From positions 1,025,942 through 1,089,941 of the forward strand of contig CAVQCN010000001.1 of assembly GCA_963711035.1 (NCBI GenBank): a stretch of 64,000 nt of DNA, in the 5' to 3' direction. This document shows, piece after piece, positions 1 to 8,423 of this stretch. The notes below the pieces were generated by a model that was not told where the DNA came from, did no database searches, and saw only the letters and a program-made list of their open reading frames with translations. Position numbers and translations under genes: made by a program. How positions within the stretch are numbered: position 1 is the stretch's first letter; the number at the start of each line of letters is the position of its first letter. This stretch comes from an uncultured Chloroflexia bacterium (GTDB lineage Bacteria > Chloroflexota > Dehalococcoidia > DSTF01 > WHTK01).

Positions 1-838
1 CGCGGATCTCGGCCAGGCGTACCAGATAGCGGTCGTACGAGTCGCCGTGAGTGCCGACCGGGATATTGAAATCGAAGCGGTCGTAGATCGAGTACGGCTC
101 GTCCTTGCGCAGGTCGAATGCCAGGCCGCAGGCGCGCAGACTGGGGCCCGTCACGCCGAAGTCGATGGCGTCTTCGATCGAGAGGGCGCCGATGTCGCGT
201 GTGCGAGCGATAAATATCTCGTTGTCCGTGAGCAGCTTGTCGAGGTCGTTTGCGCCGATCAGTGCCTGCTCGCAGACCCAGCGCACTCGCTCCTTGAAGT
301 TGAGCGGCACGTCCCAGGCGACACCGCCGGGCCGGAAGTAGGCGTACATGAGGCGGTCGCCGGAGACCTCCTCGAAGAGGTCGAGCAGGTTCTCGCGCTC
401 GCGGAAGGCGTAGACGAACGACGTACCGAAGACGCCCAGGTCGGTGCCGAAGGCGCCGAGGAACATGAAGTGGCTGGAGATGCGGTTGAGCTCCGCCAGG
501 ATGACGCGGATGTACTGCGCCCGCTCCGGCGGCTCCAGTCCGGCCAGCTTCTCGACCGCCTGCACGTAGGTGAGCTCGGCGTTGAACTGCGCCAGGTACT
601 CAGTGCGGTCCTGGTAGCCGATCGCCTGGCGGTAGTCCATGTTCTCGGACAGTTTCTCGGCGCCGCGGTGCATGTAGCCAATGTGAGGAACGACGTCTTT
701 GACGACCTCACCGTCGATGTCGAGCACCATGCGGAAGACGCCGTGCGTCGCCGGGTGCTGCGGCCCGATGTTGATGTTGAGGTCGAGAGTCTCGAACTCG
801 TGCTCGGTGACGATGTCAGCGTCGTGGTTGAACGTCAC
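1..838 (-). CDS. nuoD: NADH-quinone oxidoreductase subunit D, 5' portion; the 3' end lies beyond the window start
   Basis: Reverse-strand translation from GTG at 836-838 (RBS GGAGGAG 5 nt upstream) reads MTFNHDADIVTEHEFETLDLNINIGPQHPATHGVFRMVLDIDGEVVKDVVPHIGYMHRGAEK..., a clear NuoD/49-kDa subunit. It is missing from the ORF track because it runs off the edge. It lies directly downstream of nuoC. Confidence 0.9.
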   Translation of the reverse strand, partial: MTFNHDADIVTEHEFETLDLNINIGPQHPATHGVFRMVLDIDGEVVKDVVPHIGYMHRGAEKLSENMDYRQAIGYQDRTEYLAQFNAELTYVQAVEKLAGLEPPERAQYIRVILAELNRISSHFMFLGAFGTDLGVFGTSFVYAFRERENLLDLFEEVSGDRLMYAYFRPGGVAWDVPLNFKERVRWVCEQALIGANDLDKLLTDNEIFIARTRDIGALSIEDAIDFGVTGPSLRACGLAFDLRKDEPYSIYDRFDFNIPVGTHGDSYDRYLVRLAEIR

Positions 839-841
839 TCG

Positions 842-1438
842 TTACTCCTCCGCCGCTTCTACGTCGAAACCGGAGCCGGGCGGGATGTGGCCTGCACGCG
901 GCATTTCGGTACCGAGGCTTTCGCCCTGCCAGACCTCCAGCGGCGCCAGGGGGTTGTCCTTGCGTAGCGGGAAGTGGTCCAGCATGTCGTCGGGCAGCAG
1001 AATCGGCACCAGGTTTGGGTGGCCGTCGAAGACGATGCCGAACATGTCGCGGCATTCGCGCTCGTGCCAGTCGGCGGCGCGCCAGAGGTCGGACGCCGAC
1101 GGGATGTGCGGGTCTTCGATGGGGACTTTGGCCTTGATCGTCACGTTGTGACGGTGCGTGTAGGAGTAGAGGTGATAGACGACCTCGAGACCCTCATCCT
1201 CGTAATCGACGCCGCTGAGGTTGCGCAGGAAATCGAAGGCGAGCTTGTCGTTCGTCTTCGCGGCCTCGAGGACCTGGTGGGCGTCGTCGCGGCTAATGAC
1301 CAGGAGCACGTCGAGCGCGCCCTGGATAGCCTGCATCTGCACGTTGGGGAGGGCTTCCTTGAAGAGATCGGCTACAGAACCGGCGGGCGGCTCGACAACT
1401 TCTGCTTCGGGGGTACGTCGCCTGTCCTCTGGACTCAT
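842..1438 (-). CDS. nuoC: NADH-quinone oxidoreductase subunit C (30 kDa subunit)
   Basis: Internal ATG at 1436-1438 of track ORF 842..1735 gives [40 protein letters not shown]...[12 protein letters not shown]...[12 protein letters not shown]. It overlaps the nuoB stop by 4 nt (ATGA). Confidence 0.9.
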   Translation of the reverse strand: MSPEDRRRTPEAEVVEPPAGSVADLFKEALPNVQMQAIQGALDVLLVISRDDAHQVLEAAKTNDKLAFDFLRNLSGVDYEDEGLEVVYHLYSYTHRHNVTIKAKVPIEDPHIPSASDLWRAADWHERECRDMFGIVFDGHPNLVPILLPDDMLDHFPLRKDNPLAPLEVWQGESLGTEMPRAGHIPPGSGFDVEAAEE

Positions 1439-2223
1439 CCGACCGTGTTGCGCTCCTCCATGATTTTGTTCTGCAGCGCGATGAAGCCATCGATCAGCGC
1501 TTCCGGCCTCGGCGGGCAGCCCGGCACGTACACGTCGACGGGGATGATCTTGTCCACGCCCTGCAGGACGCGGTCGTAGCGGGTGTAGGGGCCGCCGTTG
1601 GTGGCGCAGGCGCCCATCGAGATCACCCACTTCGGGTTCGGCATCTGCTGGTAGAGCAGCTTCACGGCCGGCGCCATCTTCTTGGTCACGGTGCCGGCGA
1701 CGATCATCACGTCGCACTGCCTTGGCGACGGCCACGGCACGATGCCGAAGCGGTCGAGGTCGTGATGTGCCATATACGTGGCGATCATCTCGATGGCGCA
1801 GCAGGCCAGGCCGAAGGTCATCGGCCAGAGCGAGGACTTGCGAGCGGCGGCGATGATGTAGTCGGCGGGCACCTGCATGATTCCGGGCAAGACCTGACGA
1901 TACAGGGCCTTCGGGCTCTCGATCTCGACCGGCGTGAGGCGCTGCTGCTCGAGCTGGATGCCGAGCGACACAGGACGGGACGTGACGGCGATGGCCTCGG
2001 GAGCCTCGGGCTGCGGCACACGGCCAGGAACGGCGGAGCCGGCTTCCAAGGGCCGGTTGCCCTGGCCGGTCGTTGCGGCGGCCGGTGCAGACTCGCTGGC
2101 AGCCGCGGGCGCTACTTCCGGAGCCGCGGCTGCGGGCTCGCTGGGCGGTGTGGCGGCGGCTTCAGGCTCACCGGCAGCGGCTTCGTTCGTCACCTCGGGC
2201 GTGCCTTCTTCGTTTACTTCCAT
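1435..2223 (-). CDS. nuoB: NADH-quinone oxidoreductase subunit B (20 kDa, Fe-S) with an ~80-aa Pro/Ala/Glu-rich N-terminal extension
   Basis: [16 protein letters not shown]...[19 protein letters not shown] motifs; preceded by low-complexity segment [44 protein letters not shown]. Confidence 0.9.
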   Translation of the reverse strand: MEVNEEGTPEVTNEAAAGEPEAAATPPSEPAAAAPEVAPAAASESAPAAATTGQGNRPLEAGSAVPGRVPQPEAPEAIAVTSRPVSLGIQLEQQRLTPVEIESPKALYRQVLPGIMQVPADYIIAAARKSSLWPMTFGLACCAIEMIATYMAHHDLDRFGIVPWPSPRQCDVMIVAGTVTKKMAPAVKLLYQQMPNPKWVISMGACATNGGPYTRYDRVLQGVDKIIPVDVYVPGCPPRPEALIDGFIALQNKIMEERNTVG

Positions 2224-2582
2224 TCCAAAGCACCCTTCTTCCAGGCGTAGCCAAGGCCGGCGCCCAGAATGATGATGAAGACAATCATGGAGTACAGCGC
2301 CGTATCACCGATCTGGACGAAGGACACGGCCCACGGGAAGAGGAACACGGCCTCGACGTCGAAGATCAGGAACAGGATCGCGTACACGTAGTAGCGGACG
2401 TGGAGCGAGGTGCGGCTATGGCCGATTGGCAACATACCGCACTCGTACGGGGTGCCTTTTTCACGGTTCGGGGAGTACGGGGCGAGGAGCTTGGCGCCGA
2501 TGATGGCCGTCAGAACAAGGATGCAGCCAATGCCTGCCGCCAGCAGAACTGCGAGATAGTTCTCGAAGAGTGCTTGCATCAA
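2214..2582 (-). CDS. nuoA: NADH-quinone oxidoreductase subunit A
   Basis: 122-aa membrane protein [23 protein letters not shown]...PYECG...[24 protein letters not shown] typical of NuoA; first gene of the nuoABCD block. Confidence 0.9.
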   Translation of the reverse strand: MMQALFENYLAVLLAAGIGCILVLTAIIGAKLLAPYSPNREKGTPYECGMLPIGHSRTSLHVRYYVYAILFLIFDVEAVFLFPWAVSFVQIGDTALYSMIVFIIILGAGLGYAWKKGALEWK

Positions 2583-2776
2583 GCCTGCCCTTGCTAGATT
2601 GCCGATAAGGGCGCAATGACGCCTGAAAAGGCGCCTCCCCCAACCTCCGGTAGCCTAGCATCGGCCCTATCTACGGTCAAACAACTTTGGGGGCGGTTAT
2701 GGAGTGCCTTTTGAACACCAGATCGAGGCATTGAGAACGCTCCTTGTCTCCGAGGTGAAGCCTGCCGTGGGAGGGT

Positions 2777-2986
2777 TCAGGCGTCCTCGAAGTCGCTCCG
2801 CTCGATATCCAAATCTCGGAGAATCGCCCTCAGTGTGCCGGTGGGGATATCTCTCGATCCCCAATTCGGCACCGTAGTCCTTCGTCTATTGGCGGCGTTG
2901 AGCCAGACTTCATGATCGCCGCGGGCCTGGCGGTCGAAGCGGCAGCCAAGCCTCCGCAGCTTGCGAGTGAGTTCACGATAGGTCAA
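2777..2986 (-). CDS. hicA: Type II toxin HicA (YcfA-like mRNA interferase)
   Basis: 69 aa MTYRELTRKLRRLGCRFDRQARGDHEVWLNAANRRRTTVPNWGSRDIPTGTLRAILRDLDI matches the HicA fold signature; overlaps upstream hicB by 4 nt. Confidence 0.8.
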   Translation of the reverse strand: MTYRELTRKLRRLGCRFDRQARGDHEVWLNAANRRRTTVPNWGSRDIPTGTLRAILRDLDIERSDFEDA

Positions 2987-3243
2987 ACAGCGACCAGGAT
3001 TTCGCCCAACGTATCTGGTCCAGTCTCTGATGCCAGCGCTTCAACCTCAGGCGGAAGCGCGTCGCCGTGCTCCCTGTATGACTCGAGAAAGGCAGAGGCC
3101 ACGGACTGGACGTTCTCCAGAGCCTCCGCTGCTGTGTCGCCCCACGCGCGACAGCCCGGGAGCACAGGGATTTCGGCCGCGTACTTGCCGCCGCTATCTT
3201 CCGACGGTTCGGCCAGAGAGACGGGTAGCCTGTAGAGCTTCAC
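2983..3243 (-). CDS. hicB: Type II antitoxin HicB (UPF0150 family)
   Basis: 86 aa MKLYRLPVSLAEPSEDSGGKYAAEIPVLPGCRAWGDTAAEALENVQSVASAFLE...; GTG start at 3243 with AAGGAG 6 nt upstream. Confidence 0.75.
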   Translation of the reverse strand: MKLYRLPVSLAEPSEDSGGKYAAEIPVLPGCRAWGDTAAEALENVQSVASAFLESYREHGDALPPEVEALASETGPDTLGEILVAV

Positions 3244-6007
3244 AGTGGCTCCTTACCCCAACTCCGCCAGGCGTGCTTCGACGTCCGCGAGACGTGCCTG
3301 CCGCCGCTTCGAGCCGCTCGCGCGCGGCGGCGACGACCTCGGCGGGTGCGTTGGCCGTGAAGCGCTCGTTCGATAGCTGGGCCTGCGAGCTGGTGACGGC
3401 CGCTTGCGCCTGCGCTCGTTGCTTCTCCAGGTTGGCGCGCTCAGCGGTGAAGTCGAAAAGGCCGGCCAGCGGCAGGATGACCTGGGCGCCGTCCAGCACC
3501 GCCGTTGCCACGCCTTCGGCGGGCGCCTCGCCCCGTTCGGCGATGATGTGCAGCGGCCGCACGCGGGCCAGGTTTTCGATGGCGGCGGTGTGGCGTGACA
3601 TCGCCGCGCCCATGAGGACGTACGTCTCGATCCAGCGGCCTGCGTCGATGTGGCGCTCACGGCGCAGGTTGCGCACCGAGCGCACGATGTCGAGCACCAG
3701 TGCCATCTCTCGCTCCGCCGCGTCGTCGCGCCAGACCTCGGAGGGCTGCGGGTAGGCCGCCAGCATGATCATCTCGGCATCGGCCTCGGGCAGGTGGCTG
3801 CGGACATTGCCCGTGCCGGACCAGATCTCTTCCGTGACGTAGGGCATGTAGGGATGCAGCAGCCGCAGACAGGTATCGAGGACGTGAACAAGCACAGGCA
3901 GGGGCGAGTCGCCGCCATCGCTGCGCAGGCGGGTCTTGGCGATCTCGACGTACCAGTCGCAGAACTCGTCCCAGATGAACTCCTGGATCTCGCGGCCGGC
4001 CTCGCCCAGCTCGAAGCGCTCCATAAGCCGGTCGGCGTTGGCGACGAGGCGTTCGAGGCGCGACAGGATCCAGCGGTCCTCGACGGGCCTCGCGTCCTTC
4101 GCGGCCGGGTCGAGGGCTTCGGCGCGCTGGCCCTGTTCTAAATATGGAAGGATGAAGCGCGAGACGTTCCAGAGCTTGTTGGCAAAGTTGCGCGCCGCCT
4201 CCATGCGCGGCTCTTCCAGGCGCTGGTCGTTGCCGGTGCCGCCGGCCGTGACGAGCTTGTAGCGCAGCGCGTCGGAGCCGTAGCGCGAGGCCAGCACCAG
4301 CGGGTCGACGCCGTTGCCCTTCGACTTGCTCATGCGCTGGCCCTGGTCGTCGCGCACCGTGCCGTGGAAGTAGACGTGCTCGAAGGGCACGTCGTTCATG
4401 GCGTAGATGCCGGTCATGATCATGCGCGCGACCCACAGGAAGATGATGTCGTAGCCCGTCTCCATGACGGAGGTGGGGTAGAAGTAGCGCAGATCGGCGG
4501 TGTCGTCCGGCCAGCCGAGGGTCGACATCGGCCACAGCGCGGACGAGAACCAGGTGTCGAGCGTGTCCTCGTCCTGGATCAGTGCCTCGCCGCCGCAGTT
4601 GGCGCACGCCTTCGGGTCTTCGACCGCGACGGTCATCTCGCCGCACGTATCGCAGTACCAGACCGGGATACGGTGACCCCACCAGATCTGCCGCGAGATG
4701 CACCAGTCCTTGATGTTCTCCAGCCAGTTCTCGTAGACGCGCGTGTGGCGCTCCGGCACCATCTTGACCTGCGTCGTCTTGCCGTCCGGGTTCGTCCAAC
4801 CCTCTCGCACCGCCCGCAGTGCGTCGCCGGCCAGGGAGCGCGGCGTGCCGTCCGGCAGCGTGTCGTACTGCTGGTTCATGGCCACGAACCACTGCTCCGA
4901 CATGAGCGGCTCGACGACGCTGCCACAGCGGTCGCAGACACCGACCGCGTGCGTGTAGGGCTCTTCCTTGACCAGCAGGCCCTGCTCCCGCAGGTCGGCC
5001 ACGATGGCGTCGCGGGCGGCGAAGCGGTCCATGCCGTCGTAGGGCCCGGCTTCATTGTTCATGCGGCCGTCCGGGGCGATGGCGCTAATCAGCGGCAGGC
5101 CGTGGCGCTCGCCGATCTCGAAGTCGACCGGGTCGTGGCCTGGCGTCACCTTGAGGGCGCCGGTACCGAAGACGGGGTCGATGGCGTCGTCCGGGATGAT
5201 AGGCAGCGGCCGGCCGATGATCGGCAGGCGCGCCTTCGTGCCTTGCAGGTGCTTGTAGCGCTCGTCGTCCGGGTGCACCGCGATGGCGCTGTCGGCGACG
5301 ATCGTCTCGGGCCGCGTCGTGGCGATGGTGATGAACTCGCCGGTCTCCTTCTCCTGCGCGTCGAGCAGCGGGTAGCGCACGTGCCAGAGGAACGAGCTGA
5401 GCTCGACGTGATCGACTTCGAGGTCGCTGAGGGCGCTCTGGCAGCCGGGGCACCAGTTGATCAGGCGGTTGCCGCGGTAGATCAGCCCCTTCTCGTAGAG
5501 GTCGACGAAGATGGTGCGCACCGCCTTGGCCGGGCCCGGGTCCATCGTGAAGCGCTCGCGCGTCCAGTCGGCCGAGATGCCCAGGCGCTTGTGCTGCTCG
5601 AAGATACGGGCGCGGTTCTTGTTGACGAAGTCCCACGTGCGCTCGAGGAAGGCGGCGCGGCCGATGTCACGGCGGCTCAGGCCCTCTGCGGCCAGCTGAC
5701 GCTCGATCAGTGTGTGCACGGCAATGGCTGCATGGTCGACGCCGGGCAGCCAGAGGGTCGAGCGGCCCTGCATGCGGCGCCAGCGCACCAGGATGTCCTC
5801 GACCGTATCCATCATGGCGTGACCGAGGTGCAGCTCGCCGGTGAGGTTGGGCGGCGGCATGATGACCGTGAAGGGCTCTTTGGCGTCGTCTACCTGGGGC
5901 GTGAAGGCGCCGGATTGCTCCCAGCGCTGGTAGATCGAGGCCTCGACGGCGGCCGGGTTGTAGGCCTTGGGCATCTCTTCACGGGTACGAGTTGGCTCTG
6001 TCGTCAT
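3194..6007 (-). CDS. valS: Valine--tRNA ligase; the true stop is probably at 3253-3255 in the +1 frame (see findings)
   Basis: 937-aa ORF with HIGH-type PPPNLTGELHLGH, KMSKSKGN, editing domain and C-terminal coiled coil. The last ~20 codons of the track frame are Arg/Gly-rich and overlap hicB. Confidence 0.95.
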   Translation of the reverse strand: MTTEPTRTREEMPKAYNPAAVEASIYQRWEQSGAFTPQVDDAKEPFTVIMPPPNLTGELHLGHAMMDTVEDILVRWRRMQGRSTLWLPGVDHAAIAVHTLIERQLAAEGLSRRDIGRAAFLERTWDFVNKNRARIFEQHKRLGISADWTRERFTMDPGPAKAVRTIFVDLYEKGLIYRGNRLINWCPGCQSALSDLEVDHVELSSFLWHVRYPLLDAQEKETGEFITIATTRPETIVADSAIAVHPDDERYKHLQGTKARLPIIGRPLPIIPDDAIDPVFGTGALKVTPGHDPVDFEIGERHGLPLISAIAPDGRMNNEAGPYDGMDRFAARDAIVADLREQGLLVKEEPYTHAVGVCDRCGSVVEPLMSEQWFVAMNQQYDTLPDGTPRSLAGDALRAVREGWTNPDGKTTQVKMVPERHTRVYENWLENIKDWCISRQIWWGHRIPVWYCDTCGEMTVAVEDPKACANCGGEALIQDEDTLDTWFSSALWPMSTLGWPDDTADLRYFYPTSVMETGYDIIFLWVARMIMTGIYAMNDVPFEHVYFHGTVRDDQGQRMSKSKGNGVDPLVLASRYGSDALRYKLVTAGGTGNDQRLEEPRMEAARNFANKLWNVSRFILPYLEQGQRAEALDPAAKDARPVEDRWILSRLERLVANADRLMERFELGEAGREIQEFIWDEFCDWYVEIAKTRLRSDGGDSPLPVLVHVLDTCLRLLHPYMPYVTEEIWSGTGNVRSHLPEADAEMIMLAAYPQPSEVWRDDAAEREMALVLDIVRSVRNLRRERHIDAGRWIETYVLMGAAMSRHTAAIENLARVRPLHIIAERGEAPAEGVATAVLDGAQVILPLAGLFDFTAERANLEKQRAQAQAAVTSSQAQLSNERFTANAPAEVVAAARERLEAAAGTSRGRRSTPGGVGVRSHCEALQATRLSGRTVGR

Positions 6008-6076
6008 AGCAAGAGCCAGTATACCCAGCGTTTGCGGAGTGGCAGTAGCGCCTCAGCCTTCGGTTCGCGGAGGTGG

Positions 6077-6424
6077 TCAGGCGCGAGCAAGCACGAGGCC
6101 GATCCCCGCCAGGATGAGCGAGAGGCTCGACTGAGGAACAGTGCCAACACGCTCGGTCAACAAAGAACGGTCGAGCGTGACAATCTGCGAGACGTTGGCC
6201 ACGGAGTCGCGGGGCAGATTGGTAACCTCGGCACTGAGCATGACATTGCCAGGAGCGTTCGCCCAGCCCAGATTGCTGGTTAGAGCAACACAGACGACGG
6301 TTCGGATAGCACTTCGATTGAAAGCATCCCCTTGGACCACGACTACTGGTCTACGGAAGCCTGGTCCCGAACCAGACGGTTCCGGCAGGTCGGCCCAGCA
6401 GATGTCGCCTTGTTCGATCACCAC
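6077..6424 (-). CDS. PemK/MazF-family type II toxin (mRNA interferase)
   Basis: 115 aa MVIEQGDICWADLPEPSGSGPGFRRPVVVVQGDAFNRSAIRTVVCVALTSNL...; classic MazF/PemK N-terminus; overlaps upstream antitoxin by 7 nt. Confidence 0.8.
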   Translation of the reverse strand: MVIEQGDICWADLPEPSGSGPGFRRPVVVVQGDAFNRSAIRTVVCVALTSNLGWANAPGNVMLSAEVTNLPRDSVANVSQIVTLDRSLLTERVGTVPQSSLSLILAGIGLVLARA

Positions 6425-6660
6425 TCAGTTGCGGCCAGCGTTCGTCGCGCCGTTGCCGAGACGAAGCGGTCATCGTTCTCTGAGTCGCCGATCTCTTCGA
6501 GAGCCCTGTTGAGGGCGGCAGTCACCTCGTCCTGCGAATGGCGGGATACATATTCTCGGAGTGCGTCCGCATATACCTCGCTGCGGTGGCGTTTGGAAAG
6601 TCGAACCAGCCGTTCAACCGCGTGGAAGAGATCATCTGGAAGCGAAATCGCGGTTTTCAT
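6418..6660 (-). CDS. Ribbon-helix-helix antitoxin (CopG/MazE-like); start may be upstream at 6732
   Basis: MKTAISLPDDLFHAVERLVRLSKRHRSEVYADALREYVSRH... RHH fold; ATG at 6658-6660; track ORF extends to a TTG at 6732. Confidence 0.65.
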   Translation of the reverse strand: MKTAISLPDDLFHAVERLVRLSKRHRSEVYADALREYVSRHSQDEVTAALNRALEEIGDSENDDRFVSATARRTLAATEW

Positions 6661-6740
6661 ACCCTGAGTATAACTCTGACCATCTCCCATTACGAGAAAG
6701 CGCCTGCTCGTCGCAGCTCCAAGGATACTCAACGGGAGTA

Positions 6741-7591
6741 TTCAATCCGGCGAGGTGACGTGGCCCTTGAGCCCGCCGTCGCCCGTGTTCGGGCGGCTGG
6801 ATCGTGCCGGATGAGGGCGTGGCGATTGGTGGTGGCGCTGATGTCGGCGTCGCTTCGGGCGCCGGCGTGGCCGTTTCGACAGCCTCGGGCGCCGGCGTCG
6901 GAGGTTCGGGCGCTGAGCGCGCGGCGCTGATCGCCTGCAGCAGTCCGTTCAGGGGCACGCTGCCGGTGATCGACCAGATCTCGCCGTACGGCGACGAACC
7001 GGCCGGGATTACCAGCTGCGCTTCGGCGCCGGGCAGGTAGGCGTCCAGCAACGGCTTGCTGATCGCCAGCCAGGGTCCGTCTGGCAGCAGTTCGACGGTC
7101 TCGTTATCGACGATGTGGTAGACGAGGCCGGCCCAGCCGAACTCGTCGCCGGTATCGCTGAACAGGACCAGGTAGCGTTCTCCCACCTGGTAGTGGTTGG
7201 CGGCCAGAGGGCAGGAGCTTATCGTGCCGTGGGCTTCGCTCTCGCGCAGGCGCTGCTCGAGGAGTTGGCGCTGGTAGGCGTCGACCTCGATTTGAGCCGG
7301 CGCGGTGCCGGCGCGTACGAGCACGACGCTCAGCGTTGCGCCGACACCGGTCAGGTCGAAGCCCTCGTACGGATTGATGCCGTTCGGCGGCGTGGCGTCG
7401 ATGGGCGGCTGGCTGTTCTCCGGCCCGCCGACCGCCGTCGCCTCGACGATTGCGATCAGTCCGCGCTGCGGGCGGCTTCGTCGATGGTCGCCGGGCCGGG
7501 GCCGGTACAGGCGAGGGCCGGCGGCGCCGGCGTGTTGACCCTCATCAGGGCAAGCATGGCGAGCAGGAAGGCCACGAAGACCACCAAAAGG
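6741..7591 (-). pseudogene. Secreted Pro/Thr-rich surface protein, interrupted by two 1-nt indels; C-terminus carries PPNTGDGGLK but no TM/basic tail
   Basis: Signal peptide MMKRLLVVFVAFLLAMLALMRVNTPAPPALA|C from ATG 7589-7591 stops after 48 codons. A frame change at a CCC/GGG run near 7470 continues into track ORF 6632..7324. A further shift at a GGG run near 6792 gives ...SSGTIQPPNTGDGGLKGHVTSPD* ending at TGA 6741-6743. Confidence 0.5.
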
Positions 7592-7632
7592 CGCTTCATC
7601 ATATGAAGGAAAACGTCACGTTGACTCCGAAG

Positions 7633-8242
7633 TTAATGCCGGTCAAGGAGCCCGCCGTCGCCCGCGTTCGGAGGAGTGACGGTTGGCCCTTGAACCGGAC
7701 CGCAGTCGGCCAGACATGCACCCGCGTTCGTAGGAAGGGCGGTTGGCACCGCCGGAGGCGTCGCCTCTGTTGTCGGCTTGGCAGTTGGCGCCGGGCCGGC
7801 AGGAGCCGTGGTGGGGCTGGGGCCTGGCGTCGGGCAGGGGCCGGGGTCGCAGGGCGGTACGGGCGCGAAGTTGGTCAGCGTCACGCTGGTGCCGGTCGCG
7901 AGGGTGAACCACTGGTTAAACCACCAACCCTGGCCGCTCTTGAACGTGACGATGGCGCCGTCTTGCGCGCAGGCAGCGGGCTGGCCGGCGAGGCCGAGCT
8001 GCAGAACGACGTCGCTCGTGGCCGTTGAGACGTCCGCGCTGGCGCACTGCTCGCCGTCCGCGAACGCGGTGATGCTGCCGAGGCCTTGGCCCTGCGTTGA
8101 TGCCGTTGTCCGTCATGGTCTGCAGGCTGGCGGCGGGAACGATGACTTCGAACGGAGCTGCCTGCTGGCCCTGTGCCGGCGCCGCCAGCACAAGTGCCAG
8201 CAAGGCCAGTACGCCGGCGAGGCTGCCGATCGCGATGCGCAT
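7633..8242 (-). pseudogene. Second secreted Pro/Thr/Cys-rich protein, frameshifted after the signal peptide; C-terminus ...VTPPNAGDGGLLDRH
   Basis: ATG 8240-8242 (AGGAGG 7 nt upstream) gives signal peptide MRIAIGSLAGVLALLALVLAAPAQG. The frame is lost at a CCC run near 8090; the +1 frame continues ...GQGLGSITAFADGEQCASADV...PCDPGPCPTPGPSPTT... to TAA at 7633 (= track ORF 7633..7884). Confidence 0.5.
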
Positions 8243-8374
8243 AGTGAACCTCCTGGAGTCGTGGTCCCGGGCCGCGAGTCCGCCTCGGCGGAAGAGGCCG
8301 CCACGCGGCCCGGTCGCGCGACAGTGTACGAGAGCCAGCCGGGAATTACCCTGCCCGATCAGATGTTCGGGCGA

Positions 8375-8413
8375 ACCTCACCCCCTACCCCCTCTCCGAT
8401 TTCGGAGAGGGGG
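8375..8413. repeat. Left terminal inverted repeat with 11-12-bp G/C hairpin (8388-8413)
   Basis: ccccctctccg / cggagaggggg perfect stem with ATTT loop, preceded by acctcaccccc. Confidence 0.7.
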
Positions 8414-8423
8414 TTAGCCGTAG

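Noticed and set aside
4364-6283. 639-aa plus-strand ORF (and similar long ORFs at 20511..22010, 27219..29225, 29241..30935, 35260..37098, 17155..18081, 24336..25682, 10596..11729, 12720..13955, 14665..15597, 18738..19745, 50786..51886, 58901..59899)
   Set aside because: All lie antisense to, or in an alternative frame of, strongly supported genes (valS, LCP, dnaE, murJ, pyrG, rho and others). Their translations are Arg/Ala/Gly/Val-rich low-complexity strings typical of stop-poor frames in GC-rich DNA.
6632-7324. Track ORF as a free-standing 230-aa gene
   Set aside because: It starts at a GTG with no RBS and no signal peptide. Its C-terminal 60 codons are junk overlapping the antitoxin gene. 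It makes sense only as the middle piece of the frameshifted secreted protein 6741..7591.
7589-7633. Whether the MMKRLLVVFVAFLLAML segment is the C-terminal sorting-signal TM of the upstream PPNAGD protein rather than the next gene's signal peptide
   Set aside because: A TAA separates them. The hydrophobic stretch is followed by a further 28 in-frame residues and then a full secreted protein. Sortase tails end within ~5-10 basic residues. It also has its own ATG with N-terminal basic region, so it fits a signal peptide better. The shared reading frame is noted but left as coincidence.
7450-8028. 192-aa plus-strand ORF across the two secreted-protein genes
   Set aside because: Arg/Gly-rich junk, antisense to coherent signal-peptide-bearing minus-strand genes.
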